A stretch of DNA of 62,331 nucleotides, filler included, from Basidiobolus meristosporus CBS 931.73 (GCA_002104905.1; 5 parts of 5 records of this genome joined end to end with filler, not necessarily neighbours in it), one strand, 5' to 3'. Shown: positions 13,433 to 26,700, counted from the whole stretch's first letter. The notes: generated by a model not told the origin, from the letters alone. Translations and numbers: made by a program.

Positions 13433-15431
13433 TGTTGCACAAGTCTTGGAGATATTGGAAGTGATTTGGGAGAACAAGTAGATTATGTGGTTTTCACTTT
13501 ATGATTTATTGAATGTAAAAGTAGTAGTTATAATTTTACATGGTCTTGGCATTACAAACATGTAGAATAGGTTAATGAGGGTCCCAAGAGCATGTGTACC
13601 AAGCTTGGTGCTGCTTGGATAACTTTGAGAATTTTCATGTTCTGGGTACCAGGTATTTTGGTGAATATATTGTAGCTAAATCCCAACAAGGAATTTGGTC
13701 AGTATCCTCTAGGATCTAAAAGTAATGATCTAAGTGACTAAGTTAGGTCAATATCTAGGTGGAATTACAAATTTCTACAACACTCCCACTCAGCTAAATG
13801 TTCATACTGACTAGTCCTAATTTTGACCCAAGATATTCAAACTTACCTCTAGCTAATGATTGGTAAATATGTCTGCAATCATTTCATTTATAGGGCAGTA
13901 ACTCAGCTAACTAAGTTATTCTCTGTAGCTTTATGTATGAAATGATGTCTAATATCTATGTGCTTAGTTCTGGCATGAATAGTTGAGTTTCTACCTAATT
14001 GTATACTTCCTTGATTATCTTGAAACAATGTAATAGGCATTTTTTGACATAGGCCTAAATCTGTAAAAAGCTTTCTTAGCCACATTGCTTCTTTTGTAGC
14101 TTCACAGGCTGTCATATACTCTGCCTCTGTGGTAGAAAGTGCTACAGTTGGTTGCTTTCTTGAACTCCATGAAATTGCTCCTTTATAGTAAAGAAAGGTG
14201 TATCCTGTTGTGGATCTTCTGTCTTCCAAATTTTGTCCCCAATCAGCATCAGAGTATCCCACAAGATCCTGTTCTGAATCCTTATAGGTGTATCTTAAGC
14301 AGATATCAGCAGCTCTTTTTAGGTATCTAAAAATCCGCTTAACTGCTGCAATATGATCAGATCCATAGTTCTGATTATGTTGGCTGACAACTCCCACTGA
14401 ATATGAGATATTGGGACATGTTACAAGCATGATATACATCATACTGCCAATCATGGATTGATAAGGAAAGTCAGGGCTTTCAGATGACACCAAGCTCTCT
14501 TGATATGGTTGAATTTTGACCAAATTAAGGCTTGTCTCCATTGGGGTAGCTGCCAGTTTACAGTCTTCCATTTGGTACTTCTTTGGTATATCTTGAATAT
14601 ACTTGGATTGGCTTAGGGTAATAGTCTGGGTACTTCTGTCTATGGAGAACTTAATCCCTAAGTAGTAACTAAGTTCTCCTAGATTGGACATCTTGAACTC
14701 CTTAGATAGGCTGGATTTAGTGTCTTCCAATGTTTCTAGGTTATTGGTGGCTATAATAAGATCATCCACATATAGAGCTAATAGAACTGGATTTGCTCTA
14801 TCTGGCTTATAGTATAAATTATAGTCAGCATTACTCCTTTTGAAACTCAAAGATTCCAAATAAGAATCCATCTTGCAATTCCAGGCTCTTGGTGATTGTT
14901 TGAGACCATAAAGTGATTTTTTAAGCTTGCAGACCAAATGGGGGTTATCTTGGTCAATAAGCCCATCAGGCTGGTCCATATACATGTCCTCATCAGGTTC
15001 TCTATTCAGAAATGCAGTCTTTACATCCATTTGATGAATAAAAAACTTATATTTTGCTGCAATAGTCCATATTAATCTGATGGAATTAAACTTGGCTACT
15101 TGTGCAAAGGTCTCATTATAGTCAAGTCCTTTTGTAGAGAGTATTGTTTGGCCACAAGTCTGGCTTTGTATCTTTCAATTGTACCATCAGCCTTGTATTT
15201 TGTCTTGAAGACCCATCTGCATCCAGTAGATTTTTGGTTGATTGGTAATTTGACCAAATCCCAAGTTTGATTTTCCATCAGAGCCAGATATTCTTCAGTC
15301 ATTGCAGATCTCCAAAACTTTGTCTGAGGGCTATTTAGGGCCTCTTTTACAGTCTGGGGCTCATCAAGATGTACTGAATAGGCTTAGGCTAAGTTTGTAC
15401 CCTCATTGATATAGTAATTTGGGCTATTTAT
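13433..15431 (-). mobile_element. Copia family 1 element E3 (3' LTR 13433-13782 plus RT/RNase H), cut by gypsy A
   Basis: LTR, PPT, 375-aa RT/RNase H ORF 13903-15030 with YVDD and SDADW. Confidence 0.88.
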
Positions 15432-15954
15432 TGTCATGATCACATGACAACCATGAACACCCATGCCAGGTTTCAGCTTCCCAGCTCAATTTCTAAGAGA
15501 TTCCTTCCGGAACCTTCTACCACCTTCCAGAAAAGTTCCTGACCATTCCAAACCATTGTTACACAATGGAACATTCCATGGAAGCTTTCCATCGTATTTT
15601 TTATAGTCCAGTACCATATATGGAAATACCAGGTCACATGACTTAGTCACATGATCAGGTGACCCAATCCATTTCCCCCATCCTGTCTCAGTACCGTGTC
15701 ATCTATGTCATTATCCCCAGCACCATTGCTGTGCCTCACCCCACAACCCCATTAGTATTAGCTAACATCTCTTGGCATCAATATAGCCAAAAAGTATATA
15801 TAGTCCTATCCCCCCTTAAGTATTCCTCAGTCTGATAAACACAGGTCTTGAATAAACAGCCTTGCCTTGAATCCTGCCTTGCCTTGATGGTCCACACCTA
15901 AGTCCTTTCCTGCCGTGCCTAGCTTTTCCTCCTGCCTTGTGTCTATTCATAACA
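15432..15954 (+). repeat. Gypsy A 5' LTR (523 bp)
   Basis: 7/8 terminal inverted match (TGTCATGA/TCATAACA); TATA-like tatatata near 15795; AATAAA near 15850; self-complementary PBS immediately downstream. Confidence 0.8.
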
Positions 15955-16360
15955 GTTTTATCAGACTCTCCTGACTTACCTGTGGATCCCTGCCTTCTGC
16001 CCAAAGTTTGAAGAAAACTTGTAAAAGGAATACTCACCGTAAGTATCACCCATCATCTTTCCCTAGTCTTGTCCTATAAAGGCAAAGATACTTTATCTTT
16101 GTAAAACTATTGGTCAAAGCTGCATTCACTTTATTACCCTGCTGGTGGAGTTTACAGTTGTTACAGTATTGGAAGCTTTAGTACAATACTCTATCAAAGG
16201 ACGTTGAAACCAGTACCTTCTGAAGTGACGCTAACTTATTTAAGTTGGGGATTGTGGCTCAATAGTTGTATTCTTGACATACTAGTGGCTTTACAAACCC
16301 ACAACCTAGTTTAGTATATTCCAGTATTCCTTGCAAGTTCATCCGCCTTCCTCTGCTACC

Positions 16361-17293
16361 ATGTCCAACCTAGAGCTGAACTTTGCCCAGCTCATGGCTG
16401 CCTTTACTCAACTGCAGCAAGACCATGCAGACCTCAGAAACACTCTTGCTCAGTTCCAGAACCAAAGTGTCCAGCAAACTAGCCATGTCCCAGTCTACCA
16501 AGAACCCAAGTATACTCCTGCTACCAAGTTCAATGGCTCTCAGAATGAATTCCGTGGCTTCATCAACATGGTGAAGAACAATCTTGCACTCCAGCCCAAC
16601 CGGTACCCCACTGACCAGGCCAAAGTTGGTTTCATCTCCAACCTGCTTACTGGTACAGCTCTCAAGTGGTTCTCCCCATTAGTGGAGACCAACTCTCCCC
16701 TACTCAGAGACTACCAAGCCTTTCTCACTGAAATGGAGCTAACATTTGGTAACCTTGACCAAGCCAGAACTGCTGCCAACAAGATCAAGACCCTCAAGCA
16801 AGGGAACAAACCAGCATCAGTCTATGCCTCAGAATTCCGACAACTCTCCAGTGACCTCAGCTCCTGGGGTCAAGCAGCCTTGATTAGCCAATTCCAAGAT
16901 GGCCTCAATGATGAAGTTTGTGATCTGCTACTCACACTCCCAGATCCAGATACATTGGTTGAAGCTATGCACCAAGCAATCCGGTGTGATAACAGACTAT
17001 TCCAGAAGAAGCAAAAGAACCGTCAAAGACACATTCCTGTTGCAGTCCCAGCCCCTCCTGCTCCCCAAGTCACTCCAGAAGATCCTATGCAGATTGATAG
17101 TGCCAAATACAAGAAACTATCAAAGAGTGAAAAGTCCAGACGTCAACAAGCCAACCTCTGTCTATACTGTGGCCAACCAGGTCACTTTGCCAAGTCCTGC
17201 CCTAACAAGAAGTCCAGCTTCAAGCTGATGCAGTCCTCCAGCAACCAACCTGATTCAGATCTGTTGGGAAACTCCAATGTCCAGTTGCACTGA
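16361..17293 (+). CDS. gag: Gypsy A Gag (retrotransposon gag domain, zinc knuckle)
   Basis: Open 310-codon frame from ATG 16361; [14 protein letters not shown]. Confidence 0.92.
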   Translation: MSNLELNFAQLMAAFTQLQQDHADLRNTLAQFQNQSVQQTSHVPVYQEPKYTPATKFNGSQNEFRGFINMVKNNLALQPNRYPTDQAKVGFISNLLTGTALKWFSPLVETNSPLLRDYQAFLTEMELTFGNLDQARTAANKIKTLKQGNKPASVYASEFRQLSSDLSSWGQAALISQFQDGLNDEVCDLLLTLPDPDTLVEAMHQAIRCDNRLFQKKQKNRQRHIPVAVPAPPAPQVTPEDPMQIDSAKYKKLSKSEKSRRQQANLCLYCGQPGHFAKSCPNKKSSFKLMQSSSNQPDSDLLGNSNVQLH

Positions 17294-17310
17294 CAGGCTT
17301 GCAACTGGAC
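17266..17310 (+). promoter_or_regulatory. -1 programmed ribosomal frameshift signal
   Basis: G_GGA_AAC heptamer in gag register, 6-nt spacer, perfect 11-bp stem GTCCAGTTGCA (17279-17289) / TGCAACTGGAC (17300-17310). Confidence 0.85.
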
Positions 17311-20300
17311 TCACCCATGAAAATCCAGCATATCCAAGAATCTTCCTTCGCCACAAAATCTATACAGTCCTTGAGAATGCCTGTCAAAATCCAGATCCCT
17401 GACTCCAGTCCTGTCCCAGCCCTAGCCCTGATTGATTCCGGTGCTTCATCCTGTTTCATTGACCAAGCCTTTGTCCAGAAGCACTCTATTCCTGTTACCT
17501 TGAAATCCTGTCCAGTCCAAGTAGAAGTTATTGATGGAAGATCACTCTCCTCTGGTGCTGTTACCCATGAAACATGCCTACTCCAGCTGTCCAGTACTGC
17601 CCACCAAGAAAGAATTGCCTTCAACATCATCAACTCACCACACTATCCTATTGTGCTTGGAAGCTCATGGTTGAGCTACCACAATCCAAGTATTGATTGG
17701 AAATCCAAGATCCTGTCATTCACCAGATCCCACCAAGTCAACTCCATGAAATCTCCAGACCCTGATAACCGTGAAAAGACAGTTGCCAACAGTTCAACAG
17801 CCCAAGATACCTTGCCAGCTGAAGGAGCCCCCTCAGCAACTATACCAGCCAAGTACCAAGAGTTTGCCCATGTCTTTGACAAGAAGAAAGCAGAACTCCT
17901 CCCTGACCATCGGCCTTATGACTGCCCTATTGACCTTGAAGATGGAAAAGTCCCTCCATTTGGCCCAATATATAACCTCTCCCAGCCGGAGTTGAAAGAA
18001 CTCCATGGTTATATTCAAGAAAACCTCCAGAAGGGTTTTATTCAGCACTCCAAATCACCTGCTGGAGCCCCAATCCTCTTTGTCAAGAAGAAGGATGGCA
18101 CCCTCAGAATGTGTGTGGACTACCGTGCTTTGAATAAGATCACAGTCAAGAACCGCTACCCCCTGCCCCTGATCAATACACTGTTGGATCAGCTATCTGC
18201 TGCCCAAGTCTTCACCAAGATAGACTTGAGAGGAGCTTACAATCTTGTCAGAATCAAGCCTGGTGATGAATGGAAAACTGCCTTTCGCACAAGATATGGC
18301 CACTTTGAATACAAAGTAATGCCATTTGGCCTCACCAATGCCCCTGCTGTGTTTCAACACCTCATGAATGACATATTCCGTGAATACCTTGACCATTTTG
18401 TGGTAATCTACCTTGATGATATTCTCATATACTCCAAGAGCCAAGATGAACATGATGAACATGTCAAGAAAGTATTGAGAAAACTAGACTCTGCCGGTCT
18501 CTATGCCAAGCTAGAGAAGTGTGAATTTGACCAGAGAGAAGTGGAATTTCTTGGTTATCTCATCAGCCCTGAGGGAACAAGAATGGACCCAAAGAAAGTT
18601 GACTCAGTCCAATCCTGGAAAACTCCAAGCTCAGTCAAGGAAGTACAATCCTTCCTGGGATTTGCCAACTTCTATCGCAGGTTCATAGCCAACTACTCCA
18701 AGATAGTCACCCCTCTGACAAAGCTTACCCAGAAGAACACACCTTTTGCCTGGAATGAGGAGCAATCCAGCTCATTCAACCAACTCAAGAAATCTTTCCT
18801 GAAGGCCCCCCTGCTTGCCCACCCTGACCTTGAGAAGCAATTCATAGTGGAGACTGATGCTTCTGATTTTGCCCTTGGTGCCATACTCTCCCAGTATGAT
18901 GAGGACAATGTGTTGCACCCCATTGCATTCTACTCTCGGAAGTTTTCCCCTGCAGAGATCAACTATGATATCTATGATAAGGAGTTGCTTGCCATCATTG
19001 TAGCCTTTGAGCAATGGAGACACTACCTGGACGGTGCAAAACACAAAATCAAAGTCTTCTGTGACCATAAGAACCTTGAGTACTTTGCAACTTCCAAAGT
19101 ACTAAACCGGAGACAAGCCAGATGGTCACTCTTCCTGTCCAGCTTTGACTTTACTATCACCTATAGACCTGGTGCAAAGCAAGGAAAGCCTGATGCCCTG
19201 TCCAGAAAAAAGGAATATGCCCTGGAAGAGGGAGATGATGCCTGTCGGCAAATGGAACACCCATTGCTGAGCAAGAAACATTTTGAGATTCTTGCCACCC
19301 AGTCCTCAAGTCTTGTCATCCCTTCATTCCTAGTAAGGATATCAGAATCCCAAGCCTCTGATATGACTTCCAGCACCATCAAGAAATATCTGGAATCCCC
19401 AGTTGGGCCCCCTCCCAAGTTCCCAAACATCCAGAACCTGCATTTGGTAAACAACCTCATCTACCACAAGCAGCAGCTTTATGTCCCAGACCTTGCCACC
19501 CAGCTAGACATCATTAAGTCTCGGCATGATTCAATGGCTGCAGGCCACTTTGGTACTGCCAAAACCTTGAATGCTATCAAAAGAGATTTCTGGTGGCCTA
19601 GAATGATAACTCTTATCAAAGAGTACATTCTGACTTGTGATATTTGCAACCGTGCAAAACCAGCCAGACACCAGCCCTATGGACTTCTTCAACCCCTGCC
19701 TATCCCAGAACACCAATGGAGATCTATATCTATGGACTTCATTACTGACCTCCCTGAGTCATGTGGCTTCAATGCTATACTTGTAGTGGCTGACCGGCTG
19801 ACCAAGATGGCTCACTTTATCCCTTGCTGTAAGAACACTGATGCAAAAGAAACTGCTGCTTTAGTCCTGAAGAATATTTTCCGCCTTCATGGTATCCCCA
19901 GTGATATTGTGTCAGATAGAGGCCCACAGTTTGTGTCCAAGTTTTGGAAACACTTCATGCAATACCTTGGTGTTCAAGTCAAGCTCTCTACTGCCTTCCA
20001 TCCACAGTCTGATGGCCAGACTGAAAGAATCAACCAGATTCTAGAGCAATACCTCCGGTGCTATATCAATTACCAGCAAGACAATTGGGTTGATCTACTC
20101 CCTGTTGCTGAGTTTGCCTACAACAACTCAAGCCATAGTGCAACCGGTTTTACACCATTCTATGCAAACTATGGATTCCACCCTCAGTTTGATATCCAGA
20201 TTCCAACAAACCCAATGAGCCCACATGCGGCTGAACATGCCCAAGCAATCCAGGACATCCAGAACACCCTCAAGGAAGAGCTATCCTTAGCTCAGGAAAG

Positions 20301-20591
20301 CTACAAGAAATTTGCCAATCTAAAACGGCATCCCAGCCCTGATCTTAATGAAGGAGATTCTGTATGGTTGCTCAGAAGAAACATCAGCACCAACCGCCCT
20401 TGTGACAAGTTGGATTTCAAGAAACTTGGTCCCTTCAAGATCAAGAAGAAGCTTAGCCCTTATAGTATATCAGCTACAGTTACCAGCAAGTATGAAAATC
20501 CATGATACTTTCCATGTGTCCCTCCTGGAGCCATATTGTAGGAACACATTGCCAAACCGGCAAGAAGCAAAGCCCCAAGCTATCCAGGTTG
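17266..20591 (+). CDS. pol: Gypsy A Pol (protease, RT, RNase H, integrase), -1 frame relative to gag; frameshifted near 20470
   Basis: [35 protein letters not shown]...[19 protein letters not shown]; the pol frame is open from the GGGAAAC slippery site. Confidence 0.93.
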
Positions 20592-20691
20592 NNNNNNNNN
20601 NNNNNNNNNNNNNNNNNNNNNNNNNNNNNNNNNNNTTAATTAATTAANNNNNNNNNNNNNNNNNNNNNNNNNNNNNNNNNNNNNNNNNNNN
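20592..20691. other. Assembly gap with six-frame stop linker
   Basis: 44 N + TTAATTAATTAA + 44 N; identical at 30515-30614, 47078-47177 and 54610-54709. Confidence 0.97.
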
Positions 20692-21011
20692 CCCTAAAAA
20701 AAAAATCAAGAAATGGCCAGCAAAATACCATCATAATATCAGCTGAATTCCCAGTTTCTCAAGGTTGACAACTCTCAACATCTCTGTTGTTGGCTGATGG
20801 GCAGGCAAGTAAACAAATTCTTCAGGAGGAGACTAGGCTAACTAGCATCCATACCAAGTTAGGTAATCAGCTGCCTATTACTTTCATCAAAAATTGCATT
20901 TGAAATTTTGAACCAAAAACTCCAGCTGAATACCAGCAAAATATTATTGGTATACCAGCAGAATACCAGCTGATAATCAGATGAATTCCAAGTTTAAGAT
21001 TTTTCATAGGG
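20692..21011 (-). mobile_element. About 320-bp MITE with CCCTA...TAGGG termini (CACTA-family-like), abutting the LINE fragment at 21012
   Basis: ccctaaaaaaaaaatc...gatttttcataggg; reverse-complement homolog at 47270-47588. Confidence 0.7.
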
Positions 21012-23746
21012 CTATTGTAGTTTAGATAGAAGAGTGCATAGCTCAGGGGAATTATTAGGTAAGCTAACAAGCAGAAATAAAAGCCCTTCAGTGTTCAAGG
21101 TACTGTTCCGTAGCAAGGGGGGTAGCAAGAAGGGTAAGAGTAACTTGTAAACAACATTAATATTGGGAACATGATATGGATTGATGCTCTTCATAAAGGG
21201 AGTGTGCTGCTTAAGATATTGCTGCCAAAGGTCTGTTACATACTTCACAAAGGCCAGCTTGGGTTTTTCTGGCAGTAGAATGTAATGAGCAAGCTTCTTG
21301 ACATCAAGATCTCCAAGTATAGTTCTCCAGCAGGAGCCAGGTGTAGTGTGGTGAGGTTTCTTCCAGGCCTTTATCAGTGGGTTATTGCAGTGGTGGAGTC
21401 TGAGATATAGTCTGGTTCTAAGGCACAGAAGTCTGACCTTGTAGGGTATAAACCTAAAAGCACCAAGAATAGCATGTCTGTAGGGGCATTCAGGCAAATG
21501 AGAGGCAAAGGAGGTAATGCACTAGACTGCAAGCTTAGGGTTTGAGGGGAGACAGTCACCAACAGGTGAAATCTTCATTTCAGTTGAAGCAAAGAAGCCA
21601 GCACTACTGTTGTTGCACTGATGGGGGGCAACAGTCACCAACAGGTGAAGTCTTTATTTCAGTTAAAACATAGAAGCCACCTCCACTGTAGTGGCTTTGA
21701 TACAAGAGTGTGTAGGTGAGGAGAATTTGTAGGTAGGTTGTTAAGGAGAGATGATAGCCCATCAGTGCTTGAGGCACTGTTCAAAGGGAAAGGGGGTAGC
21801 AAGGGGGGTAAGAGCAATATGTGAACAACATTGATAAGAGGAATTTGACAAAGGGTTAGGGGGGAGAAAGTCACCAACAGGTGAAATCTTTATTTCAGTT
21901 GAAACAAAGAAGCCAGCGCTACTATTGTAGCTTTGATACATGAGTGTGTAGCTGAGGGGAACTGGTAGGTAAGTGAATAAGAAGTGATGATAGTTCTTCA
22001 GTGCTCAAGACACTGTTCAGGGGGAAGGGGGGTAGCAAGAGAGGTAAGAATGACTTGTGAACAAAATTAATGAGGGGAATGTGATAAGGATTGATATTCA
22101 TCATAAAGGGAGTGTGCTGCTGCAGATATTGCTGTCAAAGGTCTGTCAAGTACTTCAGGTAGGCCAGCTTGGGTTTTTCTGACTGCAGAATATTATGAGC
22201 AAACTTCTTGACTTCAGGATTTCCAAGTATAGTCCTCCAGCAGGAGCCAGGTGTAGTGTGGTGTGTTCTCCTCCAGGCCTTAATCAGTGGGTTGTTGCAG
22301 TGGTGAAGTCTGAGATATAATCTGGTTCTAAAGTAGAGAAGTCTGATGTTATAGGGCATAAACCCAAAAGCACCAAGATTAGCATGTCTGTAGGGGTATT
22401 CAGGCAAATGAGGCACCAAGGAGGTAATGCACCATACTGCAAACTTGTCAAGCTTAGTGCAGTCTCTAGAAGTAAGAGAGAGAAGTGGTAAGCCAAATTC
22501 CAGGACTGGGAAGACAAACTGCCTGAGTAGAAGGAGGCAGCTGGGAGCTGAAGTTGTAGGAGGAGTAACAGTCAGTAGCTTGTGGAGTGCCTGTCTTGCC
22601 AGGATAATTCTCTTCTTCAGGTGTGCTCCAGAGTCTAGTCCAGTAAGAAGGAAAGGAAAGCCAAGATAGGGTTAGGGTAGGGTAGGGTAGGGTTAGGGAG
22701 GAAAGTCACCAAGTGGTGAAATCTTTATCTACTTATGACAAGCATCCAAAGAAGTCATGTTAATCTGAAGTAATTCCTAGAAAGCTAGGTCTGAGAGATA
22801 TCTTCCTGGTAAGCCAGGTCTGAGAGTTGAGAAGCTGAGTGGTACTATATTTCCTAGTTAGCTAGGTCTGACAGAGGTTTCCTGGAAAGCCAGGCCTGAG
22901 AAGTGAGAATTTGATTATATCTGAGCTAAGTTATACTGGTTTGTGGTAGCTGAATTGTGGCCGGGATGGCCAGTAGACTGGGGGAGCTTAGGGGAGGGAA
23001 AGTCATCAAGTTGGTGAAATCTTTATTTGAGTTAAGAACTAATCTAAGTACAAATAAAGTAGCCAATTAAGAGGTCTAGAACCTCTCTAATAAGTAATCT
23101 AATTTATGTTTTGTTTCATCTCTAATGTTTGTTTCAATAAGGTGAAGCTCATCAGGGGTAAATATAAAATTCAGGGGTTTTGGGGGAAGTACTAATTGTA
23201 GATGTTTCTGATCAATATAATCCAAGACTTGAACCCAGCCTGGGATTAGGTGTAGTAGGAAAGGTGTATGGACTTGTAAGTAGCTCTGCCGCATAGATCT
23301 TAGATGGTCCTGAGCCAGTAGTCTTGGTTTCTCTGCTTTTTGAAGTTTTGAAGCAAGCTCTGTTACTACAGCATAGCCAACCAGGGTGTGCCAGCAAGAA
23401 GATTTCAGGGAGGAGTTAGATTGAAGCCATTGTTTGATGGAGGGGTTATGTGATTTCTGAAGTTTGATTAGGAAGGAAGCACAGAGATAGATCATTTGGA
23501 TTTAGTATGAGTAGAACCCAAAGGCTTCATTAGTTCCATGGATATAGGGAGATACTGGAAGATAAGGTACCAAGGATCTGATACACTGAGGGAGAAATTT
23601 ATCCAGGCGGCGAAGTTCTCTGGAGGTTAGGGGTATAATGTGGAGACCAAATTCAAGTACTGGCAGTACATACTGCTTCAGAAGTGTAGGGATCTTTTGA
23701 ATTGGAGTGTCTGGAGTGACTACTACCAGAAGCTTTCTGAGAGCCT
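21012..23746 (-). mobile_element. Telomere-repeat-associated LINE array 1: A1 21012-21534, A2 21535-21622, A3 21623-21852, A4 21853-22666, B1 22667-22987, D1 22988-23746
   Basis: Units A2-D1 open on + with (T)TAGGG or a G-run, then AGTCACC-loop-GGTGAAATCTTTATT (or a close variant); A units match the ORF2 C-terminus of 58427-59200; D1 encodes a diverged ORF2 C-terminus (LKQYVLPVLEFGL). Confidence 0.88.
22667..22698 (+). repeat. Short telomere-like tract TAGGG/TTAGGG x6
   Basis: TAGGG TTAGGG TAGGG TAGGG TAGGG TTAGGG read directly. Confidence 0.9.
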
Positions 23747-26700
23747 TGTTGTATCCAAGAGAAAGTGTAATAAAACTTCTTGAATGGTTTAACTGAACCA
23801 AAGGGACAATTAAGTGCAGAATCTTAGAATTGTCAGAGAGTGGCGGAAATATTAGCAGAAAGATTCTGATCTAATATTGGTCTTGGATATAGCTGGGTTG
23901 GCTATAAAGACAATGATATTTGTTTGCTAGGCAGGCTAGGCTTGGTGTTCTTTGGAGTGCTAGATATACTAGGCTTGGATAGAAACTAGAACAGAATTGT
24001 TGGATTCTTATTTTTGCTGAGACAGAATCTTAATTTTGTTGAGACACACACTAAACCAAAAGGTTCAGTAAGCTTTATTTATACTTTTCTGATCAAGTTG
24101 AATTAGTAAGCGCCAAGTGACTGGATTGATTAAAATCAATTTGGGTGTTCATAGGTGCATAAGATAAATGAAAATTACATCATCAATCAACTGATGTCTT
24201 GGCAACTGCACCATGGTTGGATAGATCTCAGATGACTAATCACCTGGGAAGGCTTGGCAGATAGGTTGATAACGTAATGACCATTTGAAAATAGATCAGG
24301 TGTGATAGCTAAAAATAGATTCTGAGGTGGGATAAAATAAATGTAACTGGGATTTGTTATGTTTGGGTTAGGGAAAATCAGTTAGGGTACTAGATTTTCA
24401 GACGGAGTAAAATTGGCTAAGTTTTAAATGTTGATGCACGACATCACTTCCTTCCGGAAGAGGAGTTTTTTGATACCTTCTGGGTTCCTCTACGGCTCCA
24501 ATACTGATCAATAATGGCAACATCATCAAAGTTGGTGTAAGGTTCCCAGGTGTTGTGTTTGGCATCATAGCCTTTCCACTTGACTAAATAAAGGCAATTT
24601 GGTTCTTCTCCATCATGGTCCACAATAGCTTCAACTTCATAGGATTCCAAAGTTACTGGGTCTTGGGAAATAAGTTTGAGTGAAGAAGGTGGAAAGTTTT
24701 TGGGTAGCAGTGCTCCAGTGTTATCCTGAAGTACATAAGATCCTCCAGTAGTGCGTCTGATAACCTTGAATGGTCCTTCATACTTGGGGTCAAGCTTAGA
24801 TTGCCGGATTGGATCTAGTGTCATGACATATGGCCCATCTGGGAAGCTGCTGTTCCTGTGTCTTGAGGCGTACGTTGAAGTCATCTTGTGCTGAGAGGCC
24901 TTACTTCTGGCACTGATAGCAGGGTAGACAATGTTGGTAAGGTACTCAAGCTGGTTCTTTAGCTTATCTGTATTCAAACTTGCTAACTCTGTATTCTGGT
25001 AGTCTCCAAAGTGGTTGTATCTTCTTCCAAACATCAAGGAAAATGGTGTTGATCCATGTAGAGCGGCAATTTTGGTGTTGATAGCATATTGTACAGTTGG
25101 AATGTACTTGTCCCAATTCTTCTTGATACCTTTGATAGATTTCCTGATGATGTTCATTGAGGTCTGAACATGTCTTTCAGCCAGTCCATTAGCTTTGGGA
25201 TGATACGGAGTGATCAGACGGTGATCAATGGCGCTATTCTGGCTAAGGGCTTTGATCACGTGATTCACAAATTCTGTTCCATTATCCGATTGAATGACCT
25301 TAGGGAATCCAAAAAGGCAGAAGAGCTTGAAAAGTTCTTGTGCAATAGTGGCAGCATACTTGTCTAGGATAGCTTTGAGGAAGACAAAACGTGTGCAGAC
25401 ATCCACAATTACAAAGAGGTAGTGATTACCATCATCACTAGTGGTGAAAGGTCCAGCTAGATCAATTGCAATATGATCCATAGGAAGGCTTGCATGGATG
25501 GGGCTCAAAGGGTGAAATCCATGGCGGCTGATATTGTAAAGTTGACATTCTCTGCAGGACTTGACAAATTCTAAGCAGTCAACTTTGATATTTGGCCAGT
25601 GATATCCATCAGAGTGTAGCTTCTTCATAAGTGTGTCAGCTCCAAAGTGGCCAAGTAAATGACTCCTCTGTATCAATGTTTTCCTTAGTTCTTCAGGTGG
25701 GATTTTCCAAGTTGCTGAATCCAGTTGAGGAATTATTTTGGAAGTTGCAGAGAGTTTACTGATTACATCAGTAATCACATGTCCCTCCCAAGGTGAAGTT
25801 GGAAAAAGTCTTGACAGGTGGTCAGGAAGGATGTTGAGAATTCCTGGGCAATGAATAACTGTATATTCATAATCAAGTAGAGTATCAAGCCAGTTGGTAA
25901 GCATTGGAGTCAGAGTCTTCTGAGTGTGGATATAGACAAGGGCTCGGTGGTCAGTGTACAAGGTAAAAGGATTACCCCATAGATACTGATGAAACTTCTT
26001 CAAGGCAAAGACTATGGCAAGTAGCTCCTTCTTGGTAGCAGAGTAGTTTCTCTCAGCAGGTTGTAGGGACCTGGCTTGGAAAGAGATCCAGTGAGGCGGA
26101 TTTTGGTCTTCATCTTGATAGAGGACTGCCCCTAACCCAACATTAGATGCATCTGTAGCAACAACAAAGGGCTTAGTAAAGTCTGGGTAGGATAATGTGG
26201 GTGCTTGTGGAAGCAGTTGGCAGAGTGACTCAAAGGCTTGGTCATGAGTCTAGTTCCAGGCTGAGGTGAGATCAGCGCTATGGCGTAATGCATCTAAAGG
26301 GGCACTCAATGAGGACATGAGTGGTATGTGTTCCCTGAAATAGTTGAATACTCCAAGATAATGTTGAAGTTGCTTGGTGCTAGTGGGTTTTGGCCATCCT
26401 GGGATATTGACCAGTTTGAAAGGATCTAATTGGTGGCCAGCTGGTGTGACTATAAATCCAAGTAGATTGATTTTGAGGCGGGCAAAACTGCACTTTTCAG
26501 CATTGAGAATCAGTCCAGCAGTTGTCAGTCTGTTGATTACATCAGTGACATGGGTTGCATGATCATCACGGTTAGTGGAAAATATGATGACATCATCAAC
26601 AAATACCAATGCGTATGGTGCATTCTTGAGTATTATAGTCATGACTCTCTGAAACTTGCTGGTAAGTGTCTTTAGGCCAAAGGGAGCTCCCTGAAACATC

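Larger units (their letters stand above)
15432..20591 (+). mobile_element. Ty3/gypsy chromovirus-type element A (5' LTR, gag, pol; runs into gap)
   Basis: LTR TGTCATGA...TCATAACA, gag with PMQID and CCHC, pol PR-RT-RH-IN, then GPF motif and [12 protein letters not shown]. Confidence 0.95.

Noticed and set aside
15955-16165. Gypsy A LTR ending at ...GTTACA 16165
   Set aside because: 15954 gives a better terminal inverted match (7/8) and is followed directly by the 11-nt self-priming complement.
20636-20647. TTAATTAATTAA palindrome as a biological motif (also 30559, 47122, 54654)
   Set aside because: Always centred in exactly 44+44 N; it is an artificial six-frame stop linker.
23747-23801. 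N-terminus MVQLNHSRSF... of ORF 23502-23801 as LINE protein
   Set aside because: These codons come from the gypsy B LTR; the LINE D1 sequence stops at 23746.
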